Sequence record: OP745616
Strand: one strand, 5' to 3'
Source of the DNA: Escherichia phage E20
DNA length: 64,000 bases
Shown here: one piece after another, positions 1 through 8,770 of the stretch
How the letters are laid out: each line of letters begins with the position of its first letter
Numbering within the stretch: the first letter of the stretch is position 1
Position numbers and translations under genes: made by a program
Notes under the pieces: generated by a model
The model's database searches: none
The model's input: the letters and a program-made list of their open reading frames with translations, nothing else
Told to the model about the DNA's origin: nothing

Positions 1-18
1 CCACCTTACACGTTACAC

Positions 19-31
19 GTTGCTCCGCAAC
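19..31 (+). promoter_or_regulatory. Putative virion-RNAP (vRNAP) early hairpin promoter, copy 1: GTTGC-TCC-GCAAC followed by CTATGGACATG
   Basis: 5-bp stem/3-nt loop hairpin (loop TCC on + strand, GGA on template strand) with conserved downstream GGA(T/C); three copies precede early gene blocks; matches the known N4 vRNAP hairpin-promoter architecture. Confidence 0.6.
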
Positions 32-74
32 CTATGGACATGTCGTCCTATCATCAACTATTGGAGCTATCATC

Positions 75-398
75 ATGACTACTACCGCTACTGTACGTAT
101 GACCGCAGGAACTTTACTTGGTACTGTTAACTCTGCTGCTACTACTGTTGCAGATACATTTGGTACTGCTACTAAAGCAGTAGGTATGCTTAACTCATAT
201 GTATCTACTATGGCAGAGAAACAAGCCATTCGTACTAAATTAGAAATGCATACATTCGTAAACAAATTAGCTGAAGAAACAGCTATGAACGAGACTATGC
301 GTAAGAAAAGTATCGAAGAATTCTGCAAAGATTCAGAGAACGCTCGTATCTATAACGCAGAATATTCCAAAGTAATCGACATCCTGACTAAAGACTAA
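75..398 (+). CDS. Hypothetical early protein (107 aa)
   Basis: First ORF after hairpin promoter 1; followed by a rho-independent terminator. Confidence 0.5.
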   Translation: MTTTATVRMTAGTLLGTVNSAATTVADTFGTATKAVGMLNSYVSTMAEKQAIRTKLEMHTFVNKLAEETAMNETMRKKSIEEFCKDSENARIYNAEYSKVIDILTKD

Positions 399-405
399 AT
401 CAATA

Positions 406-431
406 GGAGACTCTTCGGAGTCTCCTTTTAT
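406..431 (+). terminator. Rho-independent terminator (GGAGACTC-TTCG-GAGTCTCC + TTTTA)
   Basis: Perfect 8-bp GC-rich stem, tetraloop, T-run. Confidence 0.7.
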
Positions 432-683
432 AAACATTAGATAGATAGTCTATTTTGCATAAAAAGTTAAAAGAGAATCCTACTATGAGCAAACTAGAAA
501 ACGCATTTATCCTGACTGTTTGTGTACTTGCAATTGTTACTTTGGTTTCCATTCACATTGGGAAACCTCTGGTAAATACTGACTATGGCAATGGTCAAAA
601 AGTAAAATCCATCTTGCTAATGGATAAGTAAAAACCGCTGTTCCACAGCTTACGGATACATTTCAACCAATTAGGAGACATCC

Positions 684-899
684 ATGCACACAGAAAATAT
701 CCGTATAATTGAGAATTGCTTTAGTAACAAACCAGTAGACCTCAGCAACGCAAGAAGGTCTACTGATAAAGAGTATGGAGAGTTTCTATCCTTACTCGAT
801 GAGTATCGTATGCAAGGGCATGTTGAATTACATGCCTATCTGCATAACTCAGGCTACTTCATGGATAAACTGGAATCTGAAACAGGCTGTCCATTCTAA
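684..899 (+). CDS. Hypothetical early protein (71 aa)
   Basis: ORF with AGGAGA ribosome-binding site a few nt upstream. Confidence 0.5.
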   Translation: MHTENIRIIENCFSNKPVDLSNARRSTDKEYGEFLSLLDEYRMQGHVELHAYLHNSGYFMDKLESETGCPF

Positions 900-950
900 G
901 TAAACAATTCCCTCTTAAGAGGGAATCAGCACAGAGTGCTTAAAACCAGG

Positions 951-963
951 GCTGCTCCGCAGC
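951..963 (+). promoter_or_regulatory. Putative vRNAP early hairpin promoter, copy 2: GCTGC-TCC-GCAGC followed by CTTTGGATG
   Basis: Same hairpin and flank as copies 1 and 3; lies upstream of ORF 1076..1459. Confidence 0.6.
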
Positions 964-1075
964 CTTTGGATGATTTATGCATCCACTAATCATTGAAATC
1001 TTAAGTCTTTTCTTGGGTTTAGTCACCGACGGACAAACCCATAAATCAAACAATCATTTATCTGGAGAGTACAAA

Positions 1076-1459
1076 ATGTCTATTCAAAAATTCACTTTCG
1101 GTCAATCTAACCCTGCTGCTACCACTGAAACTAAAACTGCTAAGCCTAAAGCTCAGTTCTGGTTGAACATTGGTTATATTGCTAATGAAGGCTCTGAAGA
1201 TGAGAAGTTCATCTCTCTGCCTACTGGTATTCCACTGGATACTCAGGAACCACTGCCTACTAATAGCAGCAATGCTGACTTCCGTGCTATGCGTTGTGCA
1301 CAGAACGACTTGCTGGAACAGTTAATCGAATATGCTCAGAACCTGGAACCAGGTGAAGAAGGTATCATTAACCTGCAAGTTCAACTACGTCGTGTGAAAG
1401 CAGAGGCTGCTGACATCCCAGCAGACGAGAATAAATATGCTCGTAAACTGACTTTCTAA
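1076..1459 (+). CDS. Hypothetical early protein (127 aa; ORF track gives 977 as longest start)
   Basis: In-frame ATG at 1076 preceded by GGAGAG RBS; downstream of hairpin promoter 2. Confidence 0.5.
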   Translation: MSIQKFTFGQSNPAATTETKTAKPKAQFWLNIGYIANEGSEDEKFISLPTGIPLDTQEPLPTNSSNADFRAMRCAQNDLLEQLIEYAQNLEPGEEGIINLQVQLRRVKAEAADIPADENKYARKLTF

Positions 1460-1468
1460 TCAACAACT

Positions 1469-1497
1469 GGACTCCCTTCGGGGAGTCTTTTATTTTT
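1469..1497 (+). terminator. Rho-independent terminator (GGACTCCC-TTCG-GGGAGTC + T-run)
   Basis: GC stem, TTCG loop, TTTTATTTTT. Confidence 0.7.
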
Positions 1498-1602
1498 AAC
1501 TAGACGATAAGCTATTTCTACTTTTTGAGTATCTTTAGACGAAGGGTACTGAAACAGTAACCAGATAGATATAGATTTATATTAGATGAAGGAGTAACCA
1601 CT

Positions 1603-1899
1603 ATGCGTACATTATGTAACCGTTATAACTCACAAAAGTTGATTGATACGTTGCAACCTTGGGGTAGTAAGATGTCACTGAATGCTCGCTGGCAGGTAAG
1701 TGTAAAAGATGAAAACGGTCACTGCTATGACCACTTCTTTGTAACTAAACCTACTCGTAAACAAATCCGTAAACTTCACAATGTGCAAAAACATTACCTA
1801 TCACAAAAATGCTATGAGTGTGGTAAGAGAATAGAACTAGGTAAAGAATTTACTTTTGATGATCTCAACTATGCTCACACTGACTGCCTGAAAGGATAA
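1603..1899 (+). CDS. Hypothetical early protein with Cys/His pairs (possible zinc-binding), 98 aa
   Basis: RBS GAAGGAG upstream; CYDH...CYECGK...HTDC pattern. Confidence 0.55.
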   Translation: MRTLCNRYNSQKLIDTLQPWGSKMSLNARWQVSVKDENGHCYDHFFVTKPTRKQIRKLHNVQKHYLSQKCYECGKRIELGKEFTFDDLNYAHTDCLKG

Positions 1900-1903
1900 G
1901 ACT

Positions 1904-2122
1904 ATGCTGGACTTCATTGCGTTTGTAATACTCTGCTCTGTACTGTATCGCCTGCGTGGTTACATCCTCAATGGAGCCAAGTGGGTAAGAACTAAGTTGG
2001 TACTTATCTGTAAGTTACCCGTTGTATTCGTTAAGTGTCTGTTTGCTTCCATAGTAGCTAAAGAAGTTCGTAAGCAACTCTGGGCTAAAGAAGCAGAAGA
2101 GTTTGCAAAGAGGAACCAGTGA
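1904..2122 (+). CDS. Hypothetical small protein (72 aa)
   Basis: ORF in tight early operon. Confidence 0.4.
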   Translation: MLDFIAFVILCSVLYRLRGYILNGAKWVRTKLVLICKLPVVFVKCLFASIVAKEVRKQLWAKEAEEFAKRNQ

Positions 2123-2415
2123 TATTCACTAACATTGAGGATGCCATTGAAGAATGTATCTTCCGTAGATATCACACTGGAGTACAGAAGCGACACTATG
2201 GTGTTGTACAGCTCAATGGTTATCAAATGGCTGTAAGAATTGTACGTAACAATAAACCTTTTAACTTTATGTGGAGTACTAAACATGCGTAAGTCATTAA
2301 TCATGGGAACCAAAGCTGACGTACAGAAGATGAAAGAGCGTCTGGCTGCTAAGCAACAGACATCTGAACCAGTACGTAAGATTGTTACCTTCAACCATCC
2401 GTGCATAAAATAGTA

Positions 2416-2453
2416 AGGAGTCCTCCAATAGGAGGCTCCTATTTTTTATTTTT
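2416..2453 (+). terminator. Rho-independent terminator
   Basis: AGGAGTCCTCC-AATA-GGAGGCTCCT stem-loop then ATTTTTTATTTTT. Confidence 0.7.
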
Positions 2454-2490
2454 GAATAGTTAGTTATGTATTTAAATAGGAGAAAGAGCC

Positions 2491-2805
2491 TTGAATGAAA
2501 TAGTATGTATACTTCCTCACTTAGCTAAAGTAGCTGACAGGAATATACGGGTACATTTACCCTTCCCATTAAGTAATCCATTCACTCGTAATGAAAGAAC
2601 CACAGTAGAAGATATAGAGGTAGCTTATGAGGCTTATCTTCGTAATCGTCTTATTAGTGGTGACAAATTAATTACAGCAGAGATGGAAAGGATTGCATCC
2701 TTTGTCACAGATAGTACTAAGAAACCTGTTGGTTTAATTGGTACTGAATCTGATGTTAACGTTATTCGTAAAATATTAATGGAGGCTTTAGGTGAACAAC
2801 CTTAG
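2491..2805 (+). CDS. Hypothetical protein (104 aa)
   Basis: ORF; start codon uncertain. Confidence 0.4.
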   Translation: MNEIVCILPHLAKVADRNIRVHLPFPLSNPFTRNERTTVEDIEVAYEAYLRNRLISGDKLITAEMERIASFVTDSTKKPVGLIGTESDVNVIRKILMEALGEQP

Positions 2806-3025
2806 TGATGTAATAGTAGGTAATGAAATATTCGTTAACCGAAAAGGTTATGCACGAATTAAGCTAAAGAGTACTAACAGAACTATTGTTCGTAAGGTGT
2901 ACTCTAAACCTTTTAGTAATTTCTCTATTGATGAGGTGCGTATTAATAACAAAATGTACCTCATAGATAGTAAAGTATCTGTATGCCATACAGACGGTAA
3001 AACCTCACTTGAATATGCTTATTAA
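2792..3025 (+). CDS. Hypothetical protein (77 aa)
   Basis: ORF overlapping previous stop. Confidence 0.4.
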   Translation: MNNLSDVIVGNEIFVNRKGYARIKLKSTNRTIVRKVYSKPFSNFSIDEVRINNKMYLIDSKVSVCHTDGKTSLEYAY

Positions 3026-3037
3026 GGAATAAACAAA

Positions 3038-3259
3038 ATGTTGTTCAGCACTAATTATGGTATTTGCCCGATTTGCAATAAAGGAAGAGGAGTTGCTAAT
3101 CATAAGAAGTGTAGTCGTATCCTACAGAAACAACGGAACCAGGAAGAATGGGATAAGTTGTTAAATAATCAGCATAAAGAAGAGAACCAACAGATGGCTG
3201 TTAAGGCATCTACTCAACGTATTCGCCGTATTAACTATATACAGGGGTATCAGAAATGA
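3038..3259 (+). CDS. Hypothetical small protein with CxxC zinc-ribbon-like motif (73 aa)
   Basis: CPICNKG...HKKC pattern. Confidence 0.45.
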   Translation: MLFSTNYGICPICNKGRGVANHKKCSRILQKQRNQEEWDKLLNNQHKEENQQMAVKASTQRIRRINYIQGYQK

Positions 3260-3612
3260 AACTAATTGTAGCTGGGGGACGTGACTTCACTGACACCAAT
3301 CGTATGATTGCTGAATTACAGAAGCTAGTAGAATCAGGTGAAATAACTGATTCACCTGAACTTGTATGTGGTATGGCTCGAGGAGCAGATATGCTTGCAT
3401 ATAGTCTCTGGGCTAATAACCGTATGCCTATCCACAACTTCCCAGCAAACTGGAATAAGCATGGAAAGTCTGCTGGTTATAAACGTAATCAGGAAATGGG
3501 TGAATTTGCAGATGCTGCTGTATGTTTCTGGGATGGTAATTCCAAAGGAACCAAGCACATGATTGATATCATGAATAGGCTTAATAAACCTGTATACATT
3601 GTGAGGTACTGA
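3256..3612 (+). CDS. SLOG/DUF2493-like Rossmann-fold protein (118 aa)
   Basis: MKLIVAGGRDF ... GMARGADMLAYSWA ... CFWDG pattern typical of the DprA/LOG-like phage family. Confidence 0.5.
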   Translation: MKLIVAGGRDFTDTNRMIAELQKLVESGEITDSPELVCGMARGADMLAYSLWANNRMPIHNFPANWNKHGKSAGYKRNQEMGEFADAAVCFWDGNSKGTKHMIDIMNRLNKPVYIVRY

Positions 3613-3870
3613 GTGATTATTACATTCCCTGTAACTAAATCATTTAACTATATGGGACAAACTATTGAAGTCCCATTATGGGTTAAATATGTAGCATTAT
3701 TACCTCGTCCTCAGAAAAGCAAGAATGCCTCACTAATTGGATTTAGTAGAAAGCCTAAGCTAACCGAAAACTGTATTTGGAAGTCTAGTGGTAGACAAGA
3801 GGAAATTGGTTTTTGTGACTATGTGCTTCAACCAAATACAGTATATCTAACTCTGGAGAAAGTAGAGTGA
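3613..3870 (+). CDS. Hypothetical protein (85 aa)
   Basis: ORF, GTG or ATG start. Confidence 0.4.
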   Translation: MIITFPVTKSFNYMGQTIEVPLWVKYVALLPRPQKSKNASLIGFSRKPKLTENCIWKSSGRQEEIGFCDYVLQPNTVYLTLEKVE

Positions 3871-4187
3871 ATAACATTGTAGTAGTACATGATAATACAT
3901 TTACTGATGTCGATAAGATGATGCGTAATATTGATTACGTATCTCAGACTAGTAAAGCATTCAATGAAGAGTTCACTATTTACTGTGAACCAGAGTCACC
4001 ACTGGTTCCTGTATTAAAGGAAGCAGGTCTACCGTTCTCTACAGAGAACTTCCCAGAAGAACCAGAGTACATGATTACATTCATATATGACTTACATGAT
4101 GGCTCACATGCCAGTGAACTAGCCATGAACCAATGGCGTAGTAAACGTCCTGTATTCGCATTTCAGGTACTTAAACCAAAGGATTAA
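3867..4187 (+). CDS. Hypothetical protein (106 aa)
   Basis: ORF with overlapping stop/start. Confidence 0.45.
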   Translation: MNNIVVVHDNTFTDVDKMMRNIDYVSQTSKAFNEEFTIYCEPESPLVPVLKEAGLPFSTENFPEEPEYMITFIYDLHDGSHASELAMNQWRSKRPVFAFQVLKPKD

Positions 4188-4191
4188 TCAA

Positions 4192-4551
4192 ATGAAAGAG
4201 ATATTCGTATTCACTACTAACACATTAGGTCAGCATACCAATGCTGCTGCCAAGTTAGCCTATAAGAAGCATGGTGCTCGTTGGGGTATGGCCTATGGTC
4301 ATTATGGTAATAGCTTTGCCATTCCAGTAAGAGATGGCAATGGTAACCGTATCAAAGAGGGTGCTATTTATGGCTTCATTGAAGGTTTTATTGCCTATGC
4401 GTCTACTAATCCGCAGTGGGATTTCAAAGTCATGAGTAATGACTATCTGGACCCATACCAATTCATTAATGTAACTGGCAATGTACTGTTACCGGAAGCA
4501 TGGCGTAAACACTTAGGTGATGCTTACAACTACTGGGGAACATTCTCATGA
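4192..4551 (+). CDS. Hypothetical protein (119 aa)
   Basis: ORF. Confidence 0.45.
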   Translation: MKEIFVFTTNTLGQHTNAAAKLAYKKHGARWGMAYGHYGNSFAIPVRDGNGNRIKEGAIYGFIEGFIAYASTNPQWDFKVMSNDYLDPYQFINVTGNVLLPEAWRKHLGDAYNYWGTFS

Positions 4552-4808
4552 CATATGAAGAACTATGGGCTGCTCAGGTCAGAGCCAGAGCACTCACACG
4601 GCATGACATCTATTGTGCATTGCAGAACGAATTAAAAGGTCGTACTAAGCTAGGTCACATATCAGGTTTAGTTAAAATACCTATGCGTAGTCTAGTATGG
4701 CCTTATCAGAAAAAAAGTAATGAATTTAACGGTAATGGTTTATATGTACGTATTAACTACCTTGGTCAAGAGAACAGTATTCGTATTGCCTTTTGGACTA
4801 AGCGGTAG
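4548..4808 (+). CDS. Hypothetical protein (86 aa)
   Basis: ORF. Confidence 0.45.
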   Translation: MTYEELWAAQVRARALTRHDIYCALQNELKGRTKLGHISGLVKIPMRSLVWPYQKKSNEFNGNGLYVRINYLGQENSIRIAFWTKR

Positions 4809-4814
4809 GCAATA

Positions 4815-4827
4815 GCTGCTCCGCAGC
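4815..4827 (+). promoter_or_regulatory. Putative vRNAP early hairpin promoter, copy 3: GCTGC-TCC-GCAGC followed by TTGAGGATG
   Basis: Identical 13-nt hairpin to copy 2; upstream of ORF 4842 and the RNAPII genes. Confidence 0.6.
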
Positions 4828-4841
4828 TTGAGGATGTAATC

Positions 4842-5072
4842 ATGGCAGTATCCATTCAGGAAATCATTGTTAAAAGGCACAAGAGAAAATGGGAAAGCTA
4901 TTACAAGCTAAAAGAGGTAATTAATGCTGCTTACCTTAGTGAAGAAGGTTATGCCTGGGTTGAACTAAATAGTGTATGGCCTTGGAGACATAACATCTAT
5001 ACAGACAGTTTAATCATATTCTACAGCTATGCGAATGAGCATAGTGGTAGGCGTCTAATTGCAAGAATGTAA
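4842..5072 (+). CDS. Hypothetical protein (76 aa)
   Basis: First ORF after hairpin promoter 3. Confidence 0.45.
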   Translation: MAVSIQEIIVKRHKRKWESYYKLKEVINAAYLSEEGYAWVELNSVWPWRHNIYTDSLIIFYSYANEHSGRRLIARM

Positions 5073-5094
5073 TTAACTAATTGGAGAATATGCG

Positions 5095-5913
5095 ATGTAC
5101 TCATCAATAGAACATCAGAAGCAGCTTGAAGTCCTATTCAATAAAAATCAATTACTGCCTCGCATGAGGAAGGAATTCGAGGACTCCAAAGAAATTGACT
5201 TTAAGGCATTCGCTGCCTATTTAGAAATTGATTATAAGCTGCTCATTGATGCAATGGTGCAGATTGCCCTACATAAACGTGCTGACATCCAGACTATGAT
5301 TGGCTCTCTCATGAGTCACTCAGATGATGCTCAGTACATCGCTGACTGTCTATATAAGATGGCAGAGAATGACTGCTTCAACTATGACCCTACCATCGAC
5401 AAATTCGGTGTTATCTATGAGATTAGTGAAGATGTTCAGATGGAACTGGAAGCATTCCAGTATCCATTACCTATCGTAAGTGCTCCTAAGCCTGTTCTGT
5501 GTAACCGTGATACAGGTTACTACGAAAGCAGAGGCAGCATCATCCTCAAGAAGAATCATCATGAAATGGACGTCTGCCTTGACCACATCAACCGTATGAA
5601 CAATCAACGTCTCTGTATTAACTGGGACGTTGCCAACTATGTAAAAGACTCTCGTCCTAACATGGATAAACCCAAAGAGGGGGAAACCCGTCAGGACTAT
5701 GAGAAACGTGTTAAAGCCTTTGAGAAGTACAGTCGTACTGCTAAGGAAGTAATGGAGTTAGTAACTCAAGAAGGCAATAACTTCTCACTAGCACATAAGT
5801 ACGATAAGAGGGGCAGAACCTATGCCTGTGGATACCATATCAATTTTCAAGGGACTTCATATAACAAGGCAGTGATTGAATTTGCTGATAAGGAGCTGGT
5901 AAACGATGATTAA
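5095..5913 (+). CDS. RNAPII N-terminal (small) subunit of a split T7-like RNA polymerase (N4 gp15-like), 272 aa
   Basis: Size and position immediately upstream of the catalytic subunit; N4 RNAPII is a heterodimer of roughly 270 and 400 aa. Confidence 0.65.
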   Translation: MYSSIEHQKQLEVLFNKNQLLPRMRKEFEDSKEIDFKAFAAYLEIDYKLLIDAMVQIALHKRADIQTMIGSLMSHSDDAQYIADCLYKMAENDCFNYDPTIDKFGVIYEISEDVQMELEAFQYPLPIVSAPKPVLCNRDTGYYESRGSIILKKNHHEMDVCLDHINRMNNQRLCINWDVANYVKDSRPNMDKPKEGETRQDYEKRVKAFEKYSRTAKEVMELVTQEGNNFSLAHKYDKRGRTYACGYHINFQGTSYNKAVIEFADKELVNDD

Positions 5914-6054
5914 TAAACGTGCAGTAGAAGACTTCTATGCTCATAGAGAGTTGGTACTGAAACGCATCAATGAAGCAATGAAACGTGAGGCTGAAGCTAA
6001 AGCTAAGCATAACCGTAAATAAATCCAAATGCGAGCCAAGAGGACTAATCTCAA

Positions 6055-6297
6055 ATGAGTAAGCTATTAAAACTGTGGTTAATTAGCCAAAGTGAAAACC
6101 GTGGGCATGACTCCTTTGATTCTGCTGTTGTAGCAGCCTACACAGAGGAAGAAGCTAAACAAATTAATCCAGACGGAGAATGGAAACTATACACCGCCTG
6201 GTGTTCTTCACCAGATAAAGTACATGTTGAGTACCTGGGTATTGCCACCGAAGGCGTGGAACCAGGAATAGTATTGTCATCATTTAATGCTGGTTAA
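6055..6297 (+). CDS. Hypothetical protein (80 aa)
   Basis: ORF between the two RNAPII genes. Confidence 0.45.
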   Translation: MSKLLKLWLISQSENRGHDSFDSAVVAAYTEEEAKQINPDGEWKLYTAWCSSPDKVHVEYLGIATEGVEPGIVLSSFNAG

Positions 6298-6351
6298 TCA
6301 TCCAATAAGCAGGCTCTCCATAGTGGGGAGCCAAGAAGCGAGGAATATACA

Positions 6352-7569
6352 ATGCAACTGTTAACTGCCCGTGAATACCTGAAAGTAGATGTCGCTAACA
6401 ACTATGGCTTAGATAAAAAGACATGGGATGAACGTATTAGCTGGTTCGATGAGAACGAAGCTAATCTGCTCAATCTGGTAGATGAAGCTGAAGAATCTGC
6501 ACTGTTCTATGCTGGTGTAAACGCATGGAAAGATATGAAAGCTGGTAAGCCTATTGGTTATGCCGTAGCTCTGGATGCTACATCATCTGGCTTACAGTTA
6601 CTGGCTTGCCTGACTGGTGACCGTTCTGCTGCTGAACTGTGTAACGTAGTTAACTACATGGGCAAGAATGGTAAGCCATTACGTCGTGATGCTTATACAG
6701 TTATCTATCATAAGATGCTGGACATCCTTGGTGAAGCATCTCGTATTAAACGTAGTGACACCAAGCAGGCAGTTATGACTGCATTCTATGGTTCAGAAGC
6801 TAAACCTAAAGAAGTATTCGGTGAAGGTATCCGTCTCAAGACTTTTGAGAATGTAATGGAAACTGTTGCTAGTGGACCTTGGGCATTGAACAAGTTCTTA
6901 CTGCAATGTGGTAACCCAGACGCTAACCGTTATGTATGGGTATTGCCTGACAACTTCCATGCTGTCATTAAAGTTATGGTTCCTGAAGTACAGACTGTTA
7001 ACTTCTTAGGTAAGCCATTCGACATCACTCGTATGGTCCAAGGTACTGAAGAGAAGACCCGTATGCTCTCTGCTAACATCACCCACTCTATTGATGGGAT
7101 GGTAGTACGTGAGATGCTGCGTCGTTGTAACTTCAACATGAACCAGGTGAACTATATTAAGTCCCTCTGTGAGGGAACCAGTGAATACATGGTTGGCTCT
7201 GATGATAACTATGAAATGGTTAACACACTGTGGTCTAACTATGAGAAGTCGGGATTCCTGTCTACCCGTATCTTTGATTATCTGGACTCTGAAACAATTG
7301 CATTGGTTGATACAGATGTAATCATGGCTATGCTCAATACCATGCCTAAGAAACCATTCCCTGTAATGACCGTACACGACTGCTTCCGTTGTCATCCTAA
7401 CTACGGTAATGACCTGCGTCGTCAGTACAATCAGATTCTGTCTGACATTGCTAAGAGTGACCTACTGGGCTTCATCCTGTCTCAGGTACTGGGACAAGAG
7501 TTCTCTGCTGGTAAGCTGGATGACAGCCTTTGGCAGGACATCCTTGAAACAGATTATGCATTAAGTTAA
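6352..7569 (+). CDS. RNAPII catalytic subunit, T7-like single-subunit RNAP palm/fingers (N4 gp16-like), 405 aa
   Basis: T7 RNAP motif A-like DATSSGLQ, motif B-like RSDTKQAVMTAFYGS, motif C-like TVHDCF. Confidence 0.85.
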   Translation: MQLLTAREYLKVDVANNYGLDKKTWDERISWFDENEANLLNLVDEAEESALFYAGVNAWKDMKAGKPIGYAVALDATSSGLQLLACLTGDRSAAELCNVVNYMGKNGKPLRRDAYTVIYHKMLDILGEASRIKRSDTKQAVMTAFYGSEAKPKEVFGEGIRLKTFENVMETVASGPWALNKFLLQCGNPDANRYVWVLPDNFHAVIKVMVPEVQTVNFLGKPFDITRMVQGTEEKTRMLSANITHSIDGMVVREMLRRCNFNMNQVNYIKSLCEGTSEYMVGSDDNYEMVNTLWSNYEKSGFLSTRIFDYLDSETIALVDTDVIMAMLNTMPKKPFPVMTVHDCFRCHPNYGNDLRRQYNQILSDIAKSDLLGFILSQVLGQEFSAGKLDDSLWQDILETDYALS

Positions 7570-7575
7570 TAAACT

Positions 7576-7611
7576 GGCCTCATACCTTCGGGTATGGGGC
7601 TTTTATTTTTT
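7576..7611 (+). terminator. Rho-independent terminator
   Basis: GCCTCATACC-TTCG-GGTATGGGGC then TTTTATTTTTT. Confidence 0.7.
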
Positions 7612-7613
7612 GC

Positions 7614-7811
7614 TTGGAGGTAGTCAACATGCCAGACATCTATGATGTTATTACTAAAACCGTACTGATAGTTTTATCTGCTATTGTGATACTCACTATA
7701 GTTAACGCCCACAAATCCAAGTTTGCTTATTGCTACTATGGAGCATACTCTGCCGGATGTTTTGTATTAGCCGGTTGGATAGCTTACTGGATTTACCACA
7801 TCAACAACTAG
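7614..7811 (+). CDS. Small membrane protein (65 aa)
   Basis: Hydrophobic segments; bracketed by two terminators. Confidence 0.45.
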   Translation: MEVVNMPDIYDVITKTVLIVLSAIVILTIVNAHKSKFAYCYYGAYSAGCFVLAGWIAYWIYHINN

Positions 7812-7840
7812 CCACCCTCAAGGGTGGCTTTCTTTTTTAT
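7811..7840 (+). terminator. Rho-independent terminator
   Basis: GCCACCCT-CAA-GGGTGGC then TTTCTTTTTT. Confidence 0.7.
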
Positions 7841-7885
7841 CAGCCTTCATAATGATTAGGCATATTTACTCAAGAGGATACATAC

Positions 7886-8719
7886 ATGCCAACCCTAAAG
7901 ATTGCGTTTAATAAAACTACCAACGTTGCTACCGTGCTTGATTCAGGTGGCAGTGTTCCAGGTGGTTCCGTGGAAGTAGGTACTTTTGAACATCCAGATG
8001 CCACTTACCCTGATAGCTTAGTTATCTATCACGGTGTTCGTGACCTGTTGTATAAACGTTCTGCTAAAAACCCTGCTGAAGAAGGCTTCTGGCCTGACAA
8101 CATCGTGGATATGCAATCGGTCACTATCGACATGCAAGCTACTCCACGACTGACTGTTGCTACCAAACTGCCTCGTGTAGTCTCTGCCATCGAAGGAGTA
8201 GATGTTAACTGGCATATTGATGTAGCAGGTGGTAAAGCACCATTTACTTATAAGTGGCAATTCAAAGCTGATACTGCTGGTGCAGTATTCACTGATATTG
8301 ATTCTGGTGATAACGCATCTGCTATCACTGCAACATTGACCCTTAGTAACGTAACAGCTGCTTCTGCCGGTACTTATAAAGTGATTGTTACTGATGCTAA
8401 TGGAACCACGGTAGAAGATACCTCGTTGCTGGCTGTAGGTTACTACGAAGCAAGTTCACTGGTAGCTACTCCTACTTCACTGGCTCTGTCTGTTGCTGAA
8501 GATCTCGCCGCTGGCAAGACTGTAACCATTGCTGCTATGCCTGTTGGTTCATCTGCTGGTACTTTGTCTATCAAGACTGCTCCAGATTCTGCCCGTGCTA
8601 CAGCTACCATTGCTGGTAACGTACTGACAGTTAAACCTGTGGCTGCTGGTGATGCTACTTCTGTTGTAGTTACCAACGGTACTGTCGATGTAACCATCGC
8701 TGTTACTGTTGCAGAGTAA
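7886..8719 (+). CDS. Ig-like (BIG2-type) domain protein, putative capsid decoration protein (N4 gp17-like), 277 aa
   Basis: Two Ig-like stretches (TYKWQF...SAGTYKVIVTDANGTT; TVKPVAAGDATSVVVTNGTVDVTI); syntenic with N4 gp17, directly after RNAPII. Confidence 0.55.
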   Translation: MPTLKIAFNKTTNVATVLDSGGSVPGGSVEVGTFEHPDATYPDSLVIYHGVRDLLYKRSAKNPAEEGFWPDNIVDMQSVTIDMQATPRLTVATKLPRVVSAIEGVDVNWHIDVAGGKAPFTYKWQFKADTAGAVFTDIDSGDNASAITATLTLSNVTAASAGTYKVIVTDANGTTVEDTSLLAVGYYEASSLVATPTSLALSVAEDLAAGKTVTIAAMPVGSSAGTLSIKTAPDSARATATIAGNVLTVKPVAAGDATSVVVTNGTVDVTIAVTVAE

Positions 8720-8770
8720 GGGTATCCCTTATTTGGGGTTATAAACCCCGAAAGGAAACCCTCAAGTTTG

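Noticed and set aside
32-328. Minus-strand ORF (98 aa) overlapping the first early gene
   Set aside because: Antisense to a plus-strand ORF in a region where all other genes are on the plus strand; low-complexity translation.
910-923. Palindrome CCCTCTTAAGAGGG after ORF 684..899 as a terminator
   Set aside because: No T-tract follows; it may be a protein-binding site or simply part of the promoter-2 upstream region, so not called as a terminator.
1960-2406. Minus-strand ORF (148 aa) in the early region
   Set aside because: Antisense to plus-strand early ORFs and terminator; no RBS; likely spurious.
7006-7395. Minus-strand ORFs inside the RNAPII catalytic subunit gene
   Set aside because: Embedded antisense within a gene with clear polymerase motifs.
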